From an uncultured virus (IMG/VR IMGVR_UViG_3300009376_000006) (lineage: Duplodnaviria > Heunggongvirae > Uroviricota > Caudoviricetes), in the IMG/VR virus record IMGVR_UViG_3300009376_000006: 64,000 nucleotides of DNA; one strand, 5' to 3'. The notes beneath the pieces were generated by a model. It was not told the origin of the DNA, made no database searches, and saw only the letters and a program-made list of their open reading frames with translations. Made by a program: the position numbers and the translations under genes. This document shows positions 30,530-40,941 of the stretch, piece after piece. Each line of letters starts with the position of its first letter. Positions within the stretch are counted from its first letter, which is position 1.

Positions 30530-33347
30530 TTCGATACACGGCTCCACGTCCCAGATTCACCGGGCCATCGTCCAGTACTCCAGCACCACCACGGGCGAGA
30601 TTCAGGTCATCATCCCGTCGGTGACGGGTCTGGACACGACGGTCCCGGTCTCCTACTTCGGTCGTGAGGCGCACCCCTTTGAGAACGACTGGGTGGTCCC
30701 CAACGTCGGGTCCTCCATCGTGGTCTGCCGGGAAGACGAGGACTACACCAGTGTCTACTGGCTGAACACCACCTACAACCCGGTGCGTGCTGACGTGGGC
30801 GAGGTGAACCCATCCAACTACAACTTCGGTCCCAGCGGATCGGAGTCACTCTTCGACCTGTCTGACTGGGCAGGGCACCCAACATCTGCGGGCCTGTACT
30901 TGGGCTCCACCTACATGGGGTACCACACAGGCTCCAACGGGTCCGACGGGTGGCGTACCTACATGGACTACACCGGTAAGTTCTATCTTGGTGGTACCAG
31001 CGGCTCCCTTCAGTGGGACGGTTCTACGCTAACCATTCTCGGCACTGCTGTTATCGGGGGCACCGCAGCCTCCACGGTGGTAAGTGGTGCCGCCTCCGGT
31101 GGTACGGCTGCACAACCTGACCATGATTGGGTAGATGGGACTGTCGGGGGCTGGGTGATCACCACGGGCCTGTTGACCGGTGGTACAAGTTCCCACAAGA
31201 TAGAACTGGATCAGGGCAACAAGCGCATCTCCGCTGGTGGTGGCCGTGCGGTCATGCTCGCAGAGTCCAGTGGTCGTGTGGCTATAGGGATCGACGCTGA
31301 TGCCGATAACGCCCCGGCGTACAACAGTTCAGGCGGCGATGTTGTCATGGAGCGCACGTCTGGAGGAGCCTCACGGTTCTCCTGTGGTAACAAACTCACG
31401 TGGGACGGTTCGAATCTCGCTATCACCGGGACGATCACGGGTGGTTTGTTCCAGACTGCCGCCTCTGGTGACAGGGTCACCTTGGATGGCGCTGGCGGTC
31501 GGATTGAGTTCGATGTCAGCAGCGAACCTTCCGGGTATGCGTCTGGCTATATGAATGCCACTCTGAGTGGTACCAGTTCCTACATGGTGCTTAGGTCACC
31601 AAAGATGCACACCGGAACGTGGGCACCGGGCATCGTGATATATGGTCACGCAGACGCTACTAGTTCCATCGACTTTCAGTTGGCTGACCATCCGAATGGG
31701 GCAGGTCTGACCATTAATGATGCTGGTGTCAATGTCTCAAATGCAAACTTTGGTGTCGGTAACTCCAACCCGTCGTACAAGTTGGACGTACAAGGAACGG
31801 GCCGCTTCACGGGAGTACTGACGCTGGGGAGCAGCATTGACGGGCCGCAGGACTTCATTGTTGGTAACGGTGAAGGTGAACAGATGCTGTTCCAAGGGTC
31901 CAGCAACATCACGTACTTCATGTCTAACGGGGTGTACCGTGCTTACTTCAACGCTAGCGGTGACTTTCTTCCGTATCAAGGTTCCACATACAACCTTGGT
32001 TCCTCCAGTTTACACTGGGAGTATGCGTACATCGACATAGTGAGCGTCTCCAATGAGGTACGGCTAGGCAACGGCACTGCTGGCGATCCGTCGTTGACGT
32101 TCAGCAGCGACGACGACACGGGCGTATACCGTAAGAACGAAGACCAGATAGGTGTTAGCACCGGGGGTTCTGAGCGCGGGTACTTCAGTAGCGCTGGCTG
32201 GGTCGGCAGCGTAGTCGGCAATGCTTCTTCCGCAACCAACGCCACCAACGCCACGTACATAGGCGTAGCGGCAAATAGTGCCAATGCCACTAGATACCCA
32301 ATATTTGCGACTGGGACAAGTGGAAATCTACAACCTTTAGCAGACGCTGGACTTACATATAACCCAAGCGCCAACAGTTTAGGCATCGGCACCACTGCTA
32401 GTAGTTCTTATTCGCTGTCTGTCTCCGATGGTTCCAGCGACGGTATCTTCCTGTTCAAGCCTTCTGTTCTGGCAATGGGTAGCAACCACAATGGTTACAG
32501 TATGAGTGTGGTGGGCGGCATTCCAGATGGTGTCGGAATGGGTGGGGAGATCAGGCTGGGTGGTGGCAGCAGGGGCGATGGAGACGTGAATGTTGTCCAG
32601 TTCAAACAGGGCGGTATTGAACGGATGCGTATCAACAACGGCGGCAACATCGGCATGGGCTCCATATTCAGTGTGAGTAATGCTCCGGCTGCCAACCTGC
32701 ATGTCTCTTCAGGCACTTCAGGCGACTGCGAAGTTATCATTGAGGCAGACACTGACAACAATAATGAAAACGACAACCCTCGTCTGATCTTTGAGCAGGA
32801 CGGAGGCATTCAAGAGTCAGCGATTTGCCAGCAGAACAATTACCTAGAACTTATGAACTCGGTATCCCTTAGTGGGGGTATTCGATTCTCCACCGGAAGT
32901 ACAAACGGGTATACTAACGCTGCGGCACGGCTTATCATTGACTCGTCCGGTTACATTTATCCACAGTCACTGACTGCTGCTGCCGGTACTGGCCTGAACG
33001 TCAACGCATCCTTCGGCATGATGCAAAAGGACACCTCGTCGCTGCGGTACAAGACCCTCGCTAGCGAAACGGTTGCTAGTCAGATGTCACTTGACACGAT
33101 TGATTCTCTTGAACCGAAGGTATTTGCCTATAAAGCGGCACCTGAGTTCCCGCACGTCGGTCTTATCGCAGAGGACGCACACGCAGTCAGTCCGTATTTG
33201 GTGCTGTGTGACAACAACGATGGTGACCCACTGCCCGATTCAGTGTACTGGCCTGCTGTGACGAGTCTGCTGATCAACACCGTAAAGGATTTACGTACTA
33301 GACTGTTAGTAGCCGAATCAAGGATAGCCACATTGGAGGCATCGTGA
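30510..33347 (+). CDS. Baseplate spike (gpV-like N-terminus) fused to a long fibre and S74-type chaperone
   Basis: N-terminal IHRAIV..GEIQVIIPSV..VPNVGSSIVV OB-like fold; C-terminal SSLRYK...GLIAED...LINTVKDL. Confidence 0.7.
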   Translation: MSIPQTDSIHGSTSQIHRAIVQYSSTTTGEIQVIIPSVTGLDTTVPVSYFGREAHPFENDWVVPNVGSSIVVCREDEDYTSVYWLNTTYNPVRADVGEVNPSNYNFGPSGSESLFDLSDWAGHPTSAGLYLGSTYMGYHTGSNGSDGWRTYMDYTGKFYLGGTSGSLQWDGSTLTILGTAVIGGTAASTVVSGAASGGTAAQPDHDWVDGTVGGWVITTGLLTGGTSSHKIELDQGNKRISAGGGRAVMLAESSGRVAIGIDADADNAPAYNSSGGDVVMERTSGGASRFSCGNKLTWDGSNLAITGTITGGLFQTAASGDRVTLDGAGGRIEFDVSSEPSGYASGYMNATLSGTSSYMVLRSPKMHTGTWAPGIVIYGHADATSSIDFQLADHPNGAGLTINDAGVNVSNANFGVGNSNPSYKLDVQGTGRFTGVLTLGSSIDGPQDFIVGNGEGEQMLFQGSSNITYFMSNGVYRAYFNASGDFLPYQGSTYNLGSSSLHWEYAYIDIVSVSNEVRLGNGTAGDPSLTFSSDDDTGVYRKNEDQIGVSTGGSERGYFSSAGWVGSVVGNASSATNATNATYIGVAANSANATRYPIFATGTSGNLQPLADAGLTYNPSANSLGIGTTASSSYSLSVSDGSSDGIFLFKPSVLAMGSNHNGYSMSVVGGIPDGVGMGGEIRLGGGSRGDGDVNVVQFKQGGIERMRINNGGNIGMGSIFSVSNAPAANLHVSSGTSGDCEVIIEADTDNNNENDNPRLIFEQDGGIQESAICQQNNYLELMNSVSLSGGIRFSTGSTNGYTNAAARLIIDSSGYIYPQSLTAAAGTGLNVNASFGMMQKDTSSLRYKTLASETVASQMSLDTIDSLEPKVFAYKAAPEFPHVGLIAEDAHAVSPYLVLCDNNDGDPLPDSVYWPAVTSLLINTVKDLRTRLLVAESRIATLEAS

Positions 33348-34078
33348 GTATTCCAACAACCAGTAGCAGGGTTGACCTGTCCCTACTTCATCCGCGCTTT
33401 AAGAAGCGTCTGGAAGCGTTCTTTGAGGACCCGAGGATCAAGGGCCGTGTGTCCGTGTCCTCTGGGTGCCGCTCCTACGCACAACAGATGTACTTCTACA
33501 AGAAGTACCGTGCTGGTAAGGGCAACCTCGCTGCCAACCCGGATCGGCGCTTCGGGCCGAAGGGCCTTGACGGTCGCGGCATCTGGCGGGGGAGTTGGCA
33601 CATGCAGCAGGAGGACGGCTGGTGCTACGCCGTGGATTTCCATCGTCTCAAGGGGGACATCAAGAAGTGGGAAATAAACAACATCGCCAAGGAGTACGGC
33701 CTCCATCCGACTGTTGACGGAGAGTGGTGGCACCACCAGCCCCGCCGCTCCTCTGAGTGGTTCGACGCCCCGGCGATGTTGTCCCAGCCCGAGCCCGAGG
33801 ACACTGTTGAGCCCACGGTGGACTGGGCAGCCATCGCAAAGTTCGTCAAGGATCTGGAGACCTACGTTAGTGCCAACCCCCTCCGCAGGGGCAGCAGGCA
33901 CGAGGCGGTTCGTGTCCTACAGCGCAAGTTGGGTGACCTTGGCTTCGATGCTGGAACGCCGGACGGCATCTTTGGTAGAATGACTACTAGGGCAGTCAAG
34001 CGGTACCAGCGGGCGAACAAACTCGTGGTAGACGGAATTGTTGGTCCCAACACTTGGGCCAAGATTATGAAGGGCTGA
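33344..34078 (+). CDS. Endolysin: M15-type peptidase plus peptidoglycan-binding domain
   Basis: SGCRS...SWH...AVD...EWWH; LRRGS...VLQRKL...DGIFG..T..AVKRYQ..DGIVGPNTW. Confidence 0.88.
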   Translation: MSIPTTSSRVDLSLLHPRFKKRLEAFFEDPRIKGRVSVSSGCRSYAQQMYFYKKYRAGKGNLAANPDRRFGPKGLDGRGIWRGSWHMQQEDGWCYAVDFHRLKGDIKKWEINNIAKEYGLHPTVDGEWWHHQPRRSSEWFDAPAMLSQPEPEDTVEPTVDWAAIAKFVKDLETYVSANPLRRGSRHEAVRVLQRKLGDLGFDAGTPDGIFGRMTTRAVKRYQRANKLVVDGIVGPNTWAKIMKG

Positions 34079-34080
34079 AG

Positions 34081-34503
34081 TTGCTCACCATCTCTGTACC
34101 GTTCACGTTCACCGACGCTGGCGTTGCGACCACCGATGACCCTGACGAGATCGCTCGTCAGGAGATCATCAACATCCTGATGACCGAGAAGTACGAGCGT
34201 GTCATGGACCCGTCCTACGGGGCCGGGACCGCCCGCCTACTGTTCCAGACGCTGGACTCCTTGGTGGTGGCCGACTACAAGGAAGAAACTCTGGCCCACC
34301 TGAACAGGCACCTGTCCAACTGCGTGGTCACGGCGCTGAACATCACTGACAAGCCGCCCGACGGGTCGTGGTCCGGCCCCGGCGACCCGGAGGCCACCCT
34401 CTACGTGAACGCCCAGTACCGATTGAACAGTTCTCTCACCTCGTCAACCCTGTCCATGTCGTTGGTGAACCCCAACACCGTCAACGTGTTCACCCCACTC
34501 TAA
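34081..34503 (+). CDS. Baseplate wedge protein (gp25/GPW-like)
   Basis: ISVPF...ILMTEKYERVMDPSYG. Confidence 0.85.
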   Translation: MLTISVPFTFTDAGVATTDDPDEIARQEIINILMTEKYERVMDPSYGAGTARLLFQTLDSLVVADYKEETLAHLNRHLSNCVVTALNITDKPPDGSWSGPGDPEATLYVNAQYRLNSSLTSSTLSMSLVNPNTVNVFTPL

Positions 34504-34512
34504 GGATTCGCC

Positions 34513-36030
34513 ATGCCCACCAACTACACCAGCCGGGACTTCTCTTCGGTCAAGTCCGATCTCGTGGCCCGGGCCAAGGCCAGCATCCCAGAATGGTCAC
34601 GGGCCCAGTCGTCAGACTTCGCCATGACCCTCATCGACCTGTGGGCGTACGTTGCTGACATTCAGAACTACTACCTTGACCGAGCGCACAACGAGGCGTT
34701 CATGGCCACCGCCACCCAGCGTGCGTCGGTCCACGCTCTGGCGCAGGCTATGGGCTACACCCCCAATCCCCGGACCTCGGCCACGGCCACGGTAACCGTA
34801 GCCAACGGGTCGGCCAGCGGAACCGCCGACATTACCCTCCCCAAGGGGACCATGTTCAACGTCCCGGCCACGTCCTCTACCGGGGTCATCTACTTCACGT
34901 CCACTGCGGCAGCGACCATCTCTGCCGGATCGTCGGCCACGATCAGTCTCTTGGAGGGGAGGCAGGTCACGGAGACGCTGACCACGAACTTCTCGGGGCG
35001 GGCCGCATCGTCCTTCGTGCTCTCTGAGCAGAAGGTGGTGCCCGCCTCGTTGTCCTTGAAGGTTGGCACGGCCACCTACAACTATCACCCCCGCCTTCCT
35101 GACGCCTCAGCGTCCGCTCCGGTGTTCACTACCGTGACCGACAGTTCGGACAATACTGTGGTCGTGCTGGGCAATGGAGTGAACGGACTGGTCCCGCCGA
35201 CCGGGGTCACCATCACCGCCTCCTACCGTGTCGGTCAGGGGCCCCTCGGCAACGTGTCAGCGAACGCCATCACGCTCATGGACTCGCCGGTCACCGGCAT
35301 ATCCATCTCCAGTTCCACGTCCGGCGCTGGCGGGGGCGACCCTGAGTCGCTGGCGTCGATCAAACTCAATGCTCCCACCCTACGCCGTACCCAGAACCGG
35401 GCCGTCACACTGAACGACTACATCTCTGTCATCCGGGGCTACTCGGGTGTGTCAAAGGCCCATGCGCTGAGCACCACCTCTTCGGGGGCCGTGACCATCA
35501 ACTACACCGCCCTGCCGTCCTTTGACGACTACGACCTGCGTGGCCTTCCGACCGCAGAGGGTGGCTCCAATCTGGGAACTGCCCTGTCGCTGACCAGCGA
35601 CTTCGGATCGGCCGGTACGGACATCAACTCCAACCTCAGCGACTACCTGTCGGACCGGTCCATGGTCGGGGTTCAGGTGAACCAGATCAGCACCACGGTC
35701 AACGTGGTGGACGTGTACGTCGGGTTCAGCAGGGTCGAGATCAGGGACGGCTACCAGCAGACCGAGGTCCAGCAGGGCGTCAAGGACGCCGTCCGGGCCC
35801 TGTTCACTTGGGACAATATCAAGTTCGACCAGACAGTGCGGCTCGCTGACATCACGTCGGCGGCCTTGGCCGTGCCCGGGGTCCTCTCGGTCACCGTGAG
35901 CAACATCAGTGGCTCCTCCAGCGGCACGTCCGCTGCGGACTTTGCCATCACCGCCACCACCTCGTCGGCGGTGTACCTGCCCACGCTACGTGGGGTCGCC
36001 GTCAGCGGTATGACCGGGGGCGTCTCCTAG
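34513..36030 (+). CDS. Baseplate J-like wedge protein
   Basis: YTSRDF, YYLDRAHNEAFMATA, GGGDPESL, RAVTLNDY. Confidence 0.9.
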   Translation: MPTNYTSRDFSSVKSDLVARAKASIPEWSRAQSSDFAMTLIDLWAYVADIQNYYLDRAHNEAFMATATQRASVHALAQAMGYTPNPRTSATATVTVANGSASGTADITLPKGTMFNVPATSSTGVIYFTSTAAATISAGSSATISLLEGRQVTETLTTNFSGRAASSFVLSEQKVVPASLSLKVGTATYNYHPRLPDASASAPVFTTVTDSSDNTVVVLGNGVNGLVPPTGVTITASYRVGQGPLGNVSANAITLMDSPVTGISISSSTSGAGGGDPESLASIKLNAPTLRRTQNRAVTLNDYISVIRGYSGVSKAHALSTTSSGAVTINYTALPSFDDYDLRGLPTAEGGSNLGTALSLTSDFGSAGTDINSNLSDYLSDRSMVGVQVNQISTTVNVVDVYVGFSRVEIRDGYQQTEVQQGVKDAVRALFTWDNIKFDQTVRLADITSAALAVPGVLSVTVSNISGSSSGTSAADFAITATTSSAVYLPTLRGVAVSGMTGGVS

Positions 36031-38165
36031 TGGCCGAGTCCTTTCGTCTCAGGGACACCACCAGCGCTGGCCTACGGGACACCTCCGGTACCGGTGCCCT
36101 CCGGCAGGACGGGTTCGTCCAGTCGGTTCCCGTCCCACGGCAGGCTTTCGTCACCGCCTCGGTCGTTGACTACGACACGGAGCGCAAACTGTGGTCCGTG
36201 GAGGTGGGCTGGCTGGTGGACGCTGACCCAGACACCTCCACCCCCTCTAGCGGCACCAACATCAAAGAGGTGCAGATCAGGTACGCATGGGACGGCTACC
36301 CGGAGTTCTGGAGCGACGGCGAACTGCTGGACTACCGTACGCCCACCAAGGACATGCCCCTCCCGATTACCCATCAGGTCTCGTCTACCGAGTCCCTGAG
36401 TAACTGGCTCTACTACGCCATCTTCTACCAGTACGTGGATTCCTCGGGCAACGTCTACACCCGCCGTGTCGCCACCGCCTCTGTGATGATCCCCACGTAC
36501 CACGCCTTGGGTGACAGTATGTGGAAGCGCATTCCACGTTACTATCGGAGTCTGGACACTGCGGGCCATCTGGAGAAGTACGTCAGGGTCTTCGGGTGGG
36601 AGGCCGACCAGATGCGCTCCCTGTGCGAGGAGATCATGGCACAGAAGGACCCGTACCGTGTTCACTACGACGCTCTGAACCAACTCTGCCACGTGTCCGG
36701 CCTGCCGTTCACGGCTCAGGAACTGCGGCCCAGCCAGATTCGTGAACTGCTCTACGACGCTGCACGTTACTACTCCCAGCGTGGACGGGCTGACGCCCTC
36801 ATCGACATGCTCTCCGTCATCACGGACTCGGAGGTCAGCGTCAGGGAGTTCAACACGACCGGCTCCAGCACCACGTCCCCCTATCGGCGGGCCCACTTCA
36901 CCGTCTCGGCCAGCCGTACCAACCTCATTGCCGATCCCCGGTTCGTCGGCACGCCCTCGTCCACCGGCTCATGGAACTACCTCACCAATGCCTCGTCTGG
37001 GAGCATCACGGTGGACCACAGCGCCTCTACCGGGGTCACCTTCAGCACCAACTCCACGGGTGCTGGCACGGTCTACGTCTTCCCCCGCACCCCGGTCCAG
37101 ATCAAGCGGAGCGTCCCCTACTACTCCTCGGTCGGGGCCACGATGACCAACACCACTGGGCAGGTCAGGCTCTACCGGGAAGAGCCTACCAACGTCTCGT
37201 CCCTTCCGACCGAGTCCAAGTACTTCACGAGCGACGACTCCACCTCGGCGGCTTACTACAAGACCCTGACACAGGCGACCGATGGTGGACGGTACGCCAC
37301 CACCGCCTTCCAGCAGCGGCCCGGCTTCGCTGTCCTCCCGGGCTACACGGAGACTGCGGCTGTCTATCTCACGGGCAGCGAACACGGGACCCTGTTCCGT
37401 GCCCGACTCTATGGTGGAGACGGACAGCACTTCCACGGGTTCAGCCTCAAGTTGACGAGGGTGGACGCCAACCCTTCCAGTGGTAGTAGGTTCGACCGAT
37501 TTGACTTGGCAGTACACAACGGAACGTCCAATGTATTGACAGCCGATGATCTTACGATCAACACGTCTGGCGAGGTTATAGATGAGGCCAACAGCAACGC
37601 TGTAGTTACCAAGTTGACGCAGACCACCGGGGGCGTTGCCTACACCCTGTTGATCGACAAGGTGGCAACCATTTCCTACGCCTCTACCACACAACTTCCG
37701 TCCGATGATACGGCTACGTTCACGTTTCGGCAGACCGGCGTGGAACAGTTGTTCCCGACGCTGGTGCTGACTTTGGGGAATAGTGCTTCGGTGACGTTGG
37801 ACGAATGGATGTTTCAGCCGTTCAGTGACGGGCCGTATTTCGATGGAACTTCACTGGAGGGAAACTCCTATGTTTCAGGAAGTTCTGTGGTCAGCGACTA
37901 CTACTGGACTGGGACAGCGAACAACAGCGTGTCCGTGTACACGCCCATGAGGCACAGGAACCGTGCGGCCATCCGCAAGGCCCTGCTCCACTACCTGCCC
38001 GTCACTATGGCAACGGAGTTGACCGGTACGAACTACTTCACGTCCACCAGCCACGGGCACTACCTGACCTTCGACGCCCTCCCCGGGGACGAACTAGCCT
38101 TCGATCCGCACAGTTGGGTGTCGGACGTGTATAGTGAGGGGACCATCCGCACCAACAGCGATTGA
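36030..38165 (+). CDS. Baseplate wedge/tail protein (P2 gpI-like core)
   Basis: IPRYYR...LEKYVRVFGWE...YYSQRG; follows baseplate J. Confidence 0.65.
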   Translation: MAESFRLRDTTSAGLRDTSGTGALRQDGFVQSVPVPRQAFVTASVVDYDTERKLWSVEVGWLVDADPDTSTPSSGTNIKEVQIRYAWDGYPEFWSDGELLDYRTPTKDMPLPITHQVSSTESLSNWLYYAIFYQYVDSSGNVYTRRVATASVMIPTYHALGDSMWKRIPRYYRSLDTAGHLEKYVRVFGWEADQMRSLCEEIMAQKDPYRVHYDALNQLCHVSGLPFTAQELRPSQIRELLYDAARYYSQRGRADALIDMLSVITDSEVSVREFNTTGSSTTSPYRRAHFTVSASRTNLIADPRFVGTPSSTGSWNYLTNASSGSITVDHSASTGVTFSTNSTGAGTVYVFPRTPVQIKRSVPYYSSVGATMTNTTGQVRLYREEPTNVSSLPTESKYFTSDDSTSAAYYKTLTQATDGGRYATTAFQQRPGFAVLPGYTETAAVYLTGSEHGTLFRARLYGGDGQHFHGFSLKLTRVDANPSSGSRFDRFDLAVHNGTSNVLTADDLTINTSGEVIDEANSNAVVTKLTQTTGGVAYTLLIDKVATISYASTTQLPSDDTATFTFRQTGVEQLFPTLVLTLGNSASVTLDEWMFQPFSDGPYFDGTSLEGNSYVSGSSVVSDYYWTGTANNSVSVYTPMRHRNRAAIRKALLHYLPVTMATELTGTNYFTSTSHGHYLTFDALPGDELAFDPHSWVSDVYSEGTIRTNSD

Positions 38166-38176
38166 CCGGGGACCAC

Positions 38177-38431
38177 ATGGAGTACATGATCGGAGCACTG
38201 GCTGTCTACAAGGCGGTCCACCTGCTGGAACTGGTGCTGCCCCGACCCGTGATGCCGTGGGTCAAGGTTGCGGCGGCCGTCGCATTGGGGTATGGTGCAG
38301 CCATCCTCGCTCCCGCCCACCCTCTGCCCCTTGCTGGCCTTGCCATCGCCGCACTTGCGGCGTTGTGTCACGCTACGCTACGGTGCCTGACGCTGGCGGG
38401 GGACCTGTTCCTCCGACGGACCCTACGATAG
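38177..38431 (+). CDS. Small membrane protein
   Basis: Hydrophobic throughout. Confidence 0.65.
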   Translation: MEYMIGALAVYKAVHLLELVLPRPVMPWVKVAAAVALGYGAAILAPAHPLPLAGLAIAALAALCHATLRCLTLAGDLFLRRTLR

Positions 38432-38443
38432 GAGACACACAAC

Positions 38444-39199
38444 ATGTCCAACTACGCCATTGCCGGTCGGGGAGATGCCCCGGCGGACGTGATCACCGCC
38501 GGTCTCACCGACCTCGGCCCGGACAGCCATTTCTATGTCCCGTGGGTCGGGGGGTCGGGCACTCGTCCCACCCCGGGGATGATGAAGGTCTACGACTTCC
38601 TCGTGGACAACGGGGCCACCTTCACCCTGATCGCCAAGGACCGCAAGGCCGTCCACCCCGCTGTCAGCGCCGCCTCGGCCGACATCAGGGAGAGCGGTAC
38701 CGACTCCCCCGAACTGCACTTCAGCCCCATCCCCCCGGACGCCACTGCCCTGATCCTCTGGGACGATGAGTCCCCGGAGTACAACGAGCACTTGGTGTGC
38801 GAGTACTTCGACCGTGGGCACGCCCTGCTGGACCTGTCCAACGGGCTGGTCCCCATCGAGGTGGAGTCTCCGGCCACTGACGGTACCCGGCCCGTCCCCG
38901 TGGAGCCCCTAGACGGGGACAATATCGAGCCTCTCACGGACGAGGATATGGACAGTTTGTCCCCGGCCATTCGCAAGCAGTTGGACCGTTCGATGGGCGA
39001 GGTGACGGAGGATATTGACGAAATGGATGATGACGAGGTCGTGGACAATGTCCTCCAGTTTGTTCGCCGGGAGAAGGAGACGGACGAGACCCTCACCGCC
39101 ACGCTGGTCGTCGTCCTTCCTACCGGGAAGGCGTTCACTTCCGCCGTTCCCATTCTGGAGGTTTGGGACCTCCTCAAGGCCACTGTCTGGTCCGACTGA
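38444..39199 (+). CDS. Hypothetical protein
   Basis: AGGAG RBS; acidic C-terminal half. Confidence 0.7.
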   Translation: MSNYAIAGRGDAPADVITAGLTDLGPDSHFYVPWVGGSGTRPTPGMMKVYDFLVDNGATFTLIAKDRKAVHPAVSAASADIRESGTDSPELHFSPIPPDATALILWDDESPEYNEHLVCEYFDRGHALLDLSNGLVPIEVESPATDGTRPVPVEPLDGDNIEPLTDEDMDSLSPAIRKQLDRSMGEVTEDIDEMDDDEVVDNVLQFVRREKETDETLTATLVVVLPTGKAFTSAVPILEVWDLLKATVWSD

Positions 39200-39223
39200 G
39201 TACCTGTATTAGAGGTACTCGTA

Positions 39224-39880
39224 ATGTCGTTCTTTGGGCGCTATCCCAAGTGGGTGGGGCCGCACCTTTCGGGCAAGTTCTCTGCCATTACCGCTCTGGT
39301 GGAGATGGTCTGTCTCATGGGGGCCAAGGACAACACGCTGCGTGTCAGTCACCAGAGGCTGGCACAACGCATGGGCTGCTCCGTCAGCACCGCAGCAAGG
39401 GCGGTTGAAACTCTGGTGGAGGTCGGGGTAGTATCCCGGGAGCAGACGCTCCACTCCGCCAACAGGTACACCGTCAACATGGAAGGGCCGGACATGACCG
39501 ACTGGGACGAATGGGAAACGCTGGGAGAGGACGGGGACAAGCCGGAGGGGGAACCCTTCGAGAAGGGCCGCATCCCCCGGTTGGTCCAATACTTCACGAC
39601 TGAGGTGGAGCGGCACACGCCCATGTCCATCCAGTCCCACGTCAACGCCAAGGCGCTGGGGCGACACTTCAAGGAGATGCTGGACCAGCACGGGGTCAGG
39701 GACTGGGAGATCAAGAAGATGATCACTCTCTTCGCTTGTGACCTTGAGCGGGACGCACGCAACCTGAGGGACGTTCCGGCGTGGCGGGCGTTCTTGGCAG
39801 ACCGACAGAAGTTGTTGACGAGGGCACGTCAGGCTACGGAGGACGTGGTCTACATCTCGGACATCGTTAACGATGACTGA
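39224..39880 (+). CDS. HTH replication initiator-like protein
   Basis: SHQRLAQRMGCSVSTAARAVETL...NRY; directly upstream of loader ATPase. Confidence 0.75.
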   Translation: MSFFGRYPKWVGPHLSGKFSAITALVEMVCLMGAKDNTLRVSHQRLAQRMGCSVSTAARAVETLVEVGVVSREQTLHSANRYTVNMEGPDMTDWDEWETLGEDGDKPEGEPFEKGRIPRLVQYFTTEVERHTPMSIQSHVNAKALGRHFKEMLDQHGVRDWEIKKMITLFACDLERDARNLRDVPAWRAFLADRQKLLTRARQATEDVVYISDIVNDD

Positions 39881-40508
39881 GTGGCACGGGACCAACTATT
39901 GGAGGCACCGCCCCAAGGACGAGCGGACCCGGCGTGCGTGCATTCCGACGGCGCTGGAGCACGCCCGTATGAGCAACTACGATACTACTGTCGGTGACTC
40001 CCACGCCCATGCCAAGGTCCAGCAGTGGCTGGAGGAGTTCCCGACCCACCGCGAGCGCCTGACCGGGCTCTATCTGGTTGGGAAGAGCGGTTCTGGCAAG
40101 TCCCACCTCGCTGTCTCGGCCCTGAGGGCGGCCATCAGGACGTACCGCCAGTGCGGCTACTACATCACGGCCTCCGACTACCTGAGGGCTCTGGACGATC
40201 ATCGTGACTTCAACGGTGTGATGCCCGACTCGTATGCTGAGGGTCACCTCCTGTCCTACCTGCAACAGGTGTACGACGTGGTAGTGCTGGACGGGGTGGA
40301 CCAGACCCGGAACACGGACTACGCACGACAGTCCCTCACCGAACTGGCTGCCAGTCGATACGACCGTGGGCTGGTCACCATCTATACGTCGAACACCGGG
40401 CGTCTGGACGATGTTCTCACCAGTCGATTTAACGCTCTGGTATCGCAGACGAACATCGGGGTGGACATCAGGTCATCCAACTACCGGAAGCACAAGCGTG
40501 GAATCTAA
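39873..40508 (+). CDS. DnaC/IstB-like helicase loader ATPase
   Basis: GLYLVGKSGSGKSHLA; VVVLD; RYD..LVTIYTSN. Confidence 0.85.
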   Translation: MTEWHGTNYWRHRPKDERTRRACIPTALEHARMSNYDTTVGDSHAHAKVQQWLEEFPTHRERLTGLYLVGKSGSGKSHLAVSALRAAIRTYRQCGYYITASDYLRALDDHRDFNGVMPDSYAEGHLLSYLQQVYDVVVLDGVDQTRNTDYARQSLTELAASRYDRGLVTIYTSNTGRLDDVLTSRFNALVSQTNIGVDIRSSNYRKHKRGI

Positions 40509-40941
40509 CGACATCAGTACGTTCGCTCCCATCCAGCAGGGGTGCATCTTTGAGGGCGTCCTCGCCTCCCCGCCCACGGGCACTGTTGCCAAGTACCGTG
40601 CCTCCAAGGCTTCCCGCCAGCACGAGTGGCACCGTTACATCGGGCTCTGGGTGCCCCACGAGATGCCCATCAAGTCTCTGGTCGATCTGGTCAACCGCAG
40701 GAGGATCGGGGTGGAGGTGTACACCCTGCTCCCGCCCGGGGCGGCGGACGCCATTGAGGGCTGGCTCTTTCGCAAGGGGGTGTCCGTGGCCGTGCTCCCC
40801 TACGATTCCTTGAGCGTCCTTGCCGACGATCTGAGGTATCACCACCCGTCTATGGTCGTACACGTGGCGAACGAGGATCAGGCCCGTATGATCGGAGTCA
40901 AGGCCCGCGTGGTGCGGCCGGACGGGACGTGGGTACTGTAG
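40498..40941 (+). CDS. Hypothetical protein
   Basis: GTG start overlapping the loader gene; abuts the helicase. Confidence 0.65.
   Translation: MESNDISTFAPIQQGCIFEGVLASPPTGTVAKYRASKASRQHEWHRYIGLWVPHEMPIKSLVDLVNRRRIGVEVYTLLPPGAADAIEGWLFRKGVSVAVLPYDSLSVLADDLRYHHPSMVVHVANEDQARMIGVKARVVRPDGTWVL

Noticed and set aside
1..33347. Diversity-generating retroelement acting on fibre genes
   Set aside because: No reverse transcriptase and no TR/VR pair with adenine-specific mismatches seen
39495..39560. Replication origin iterons within the initiator gene
   Set aside because: Purine/GGG-rich, but no clear direct repeats or AT-rich unwinding region; explained by W/E/D/G codons
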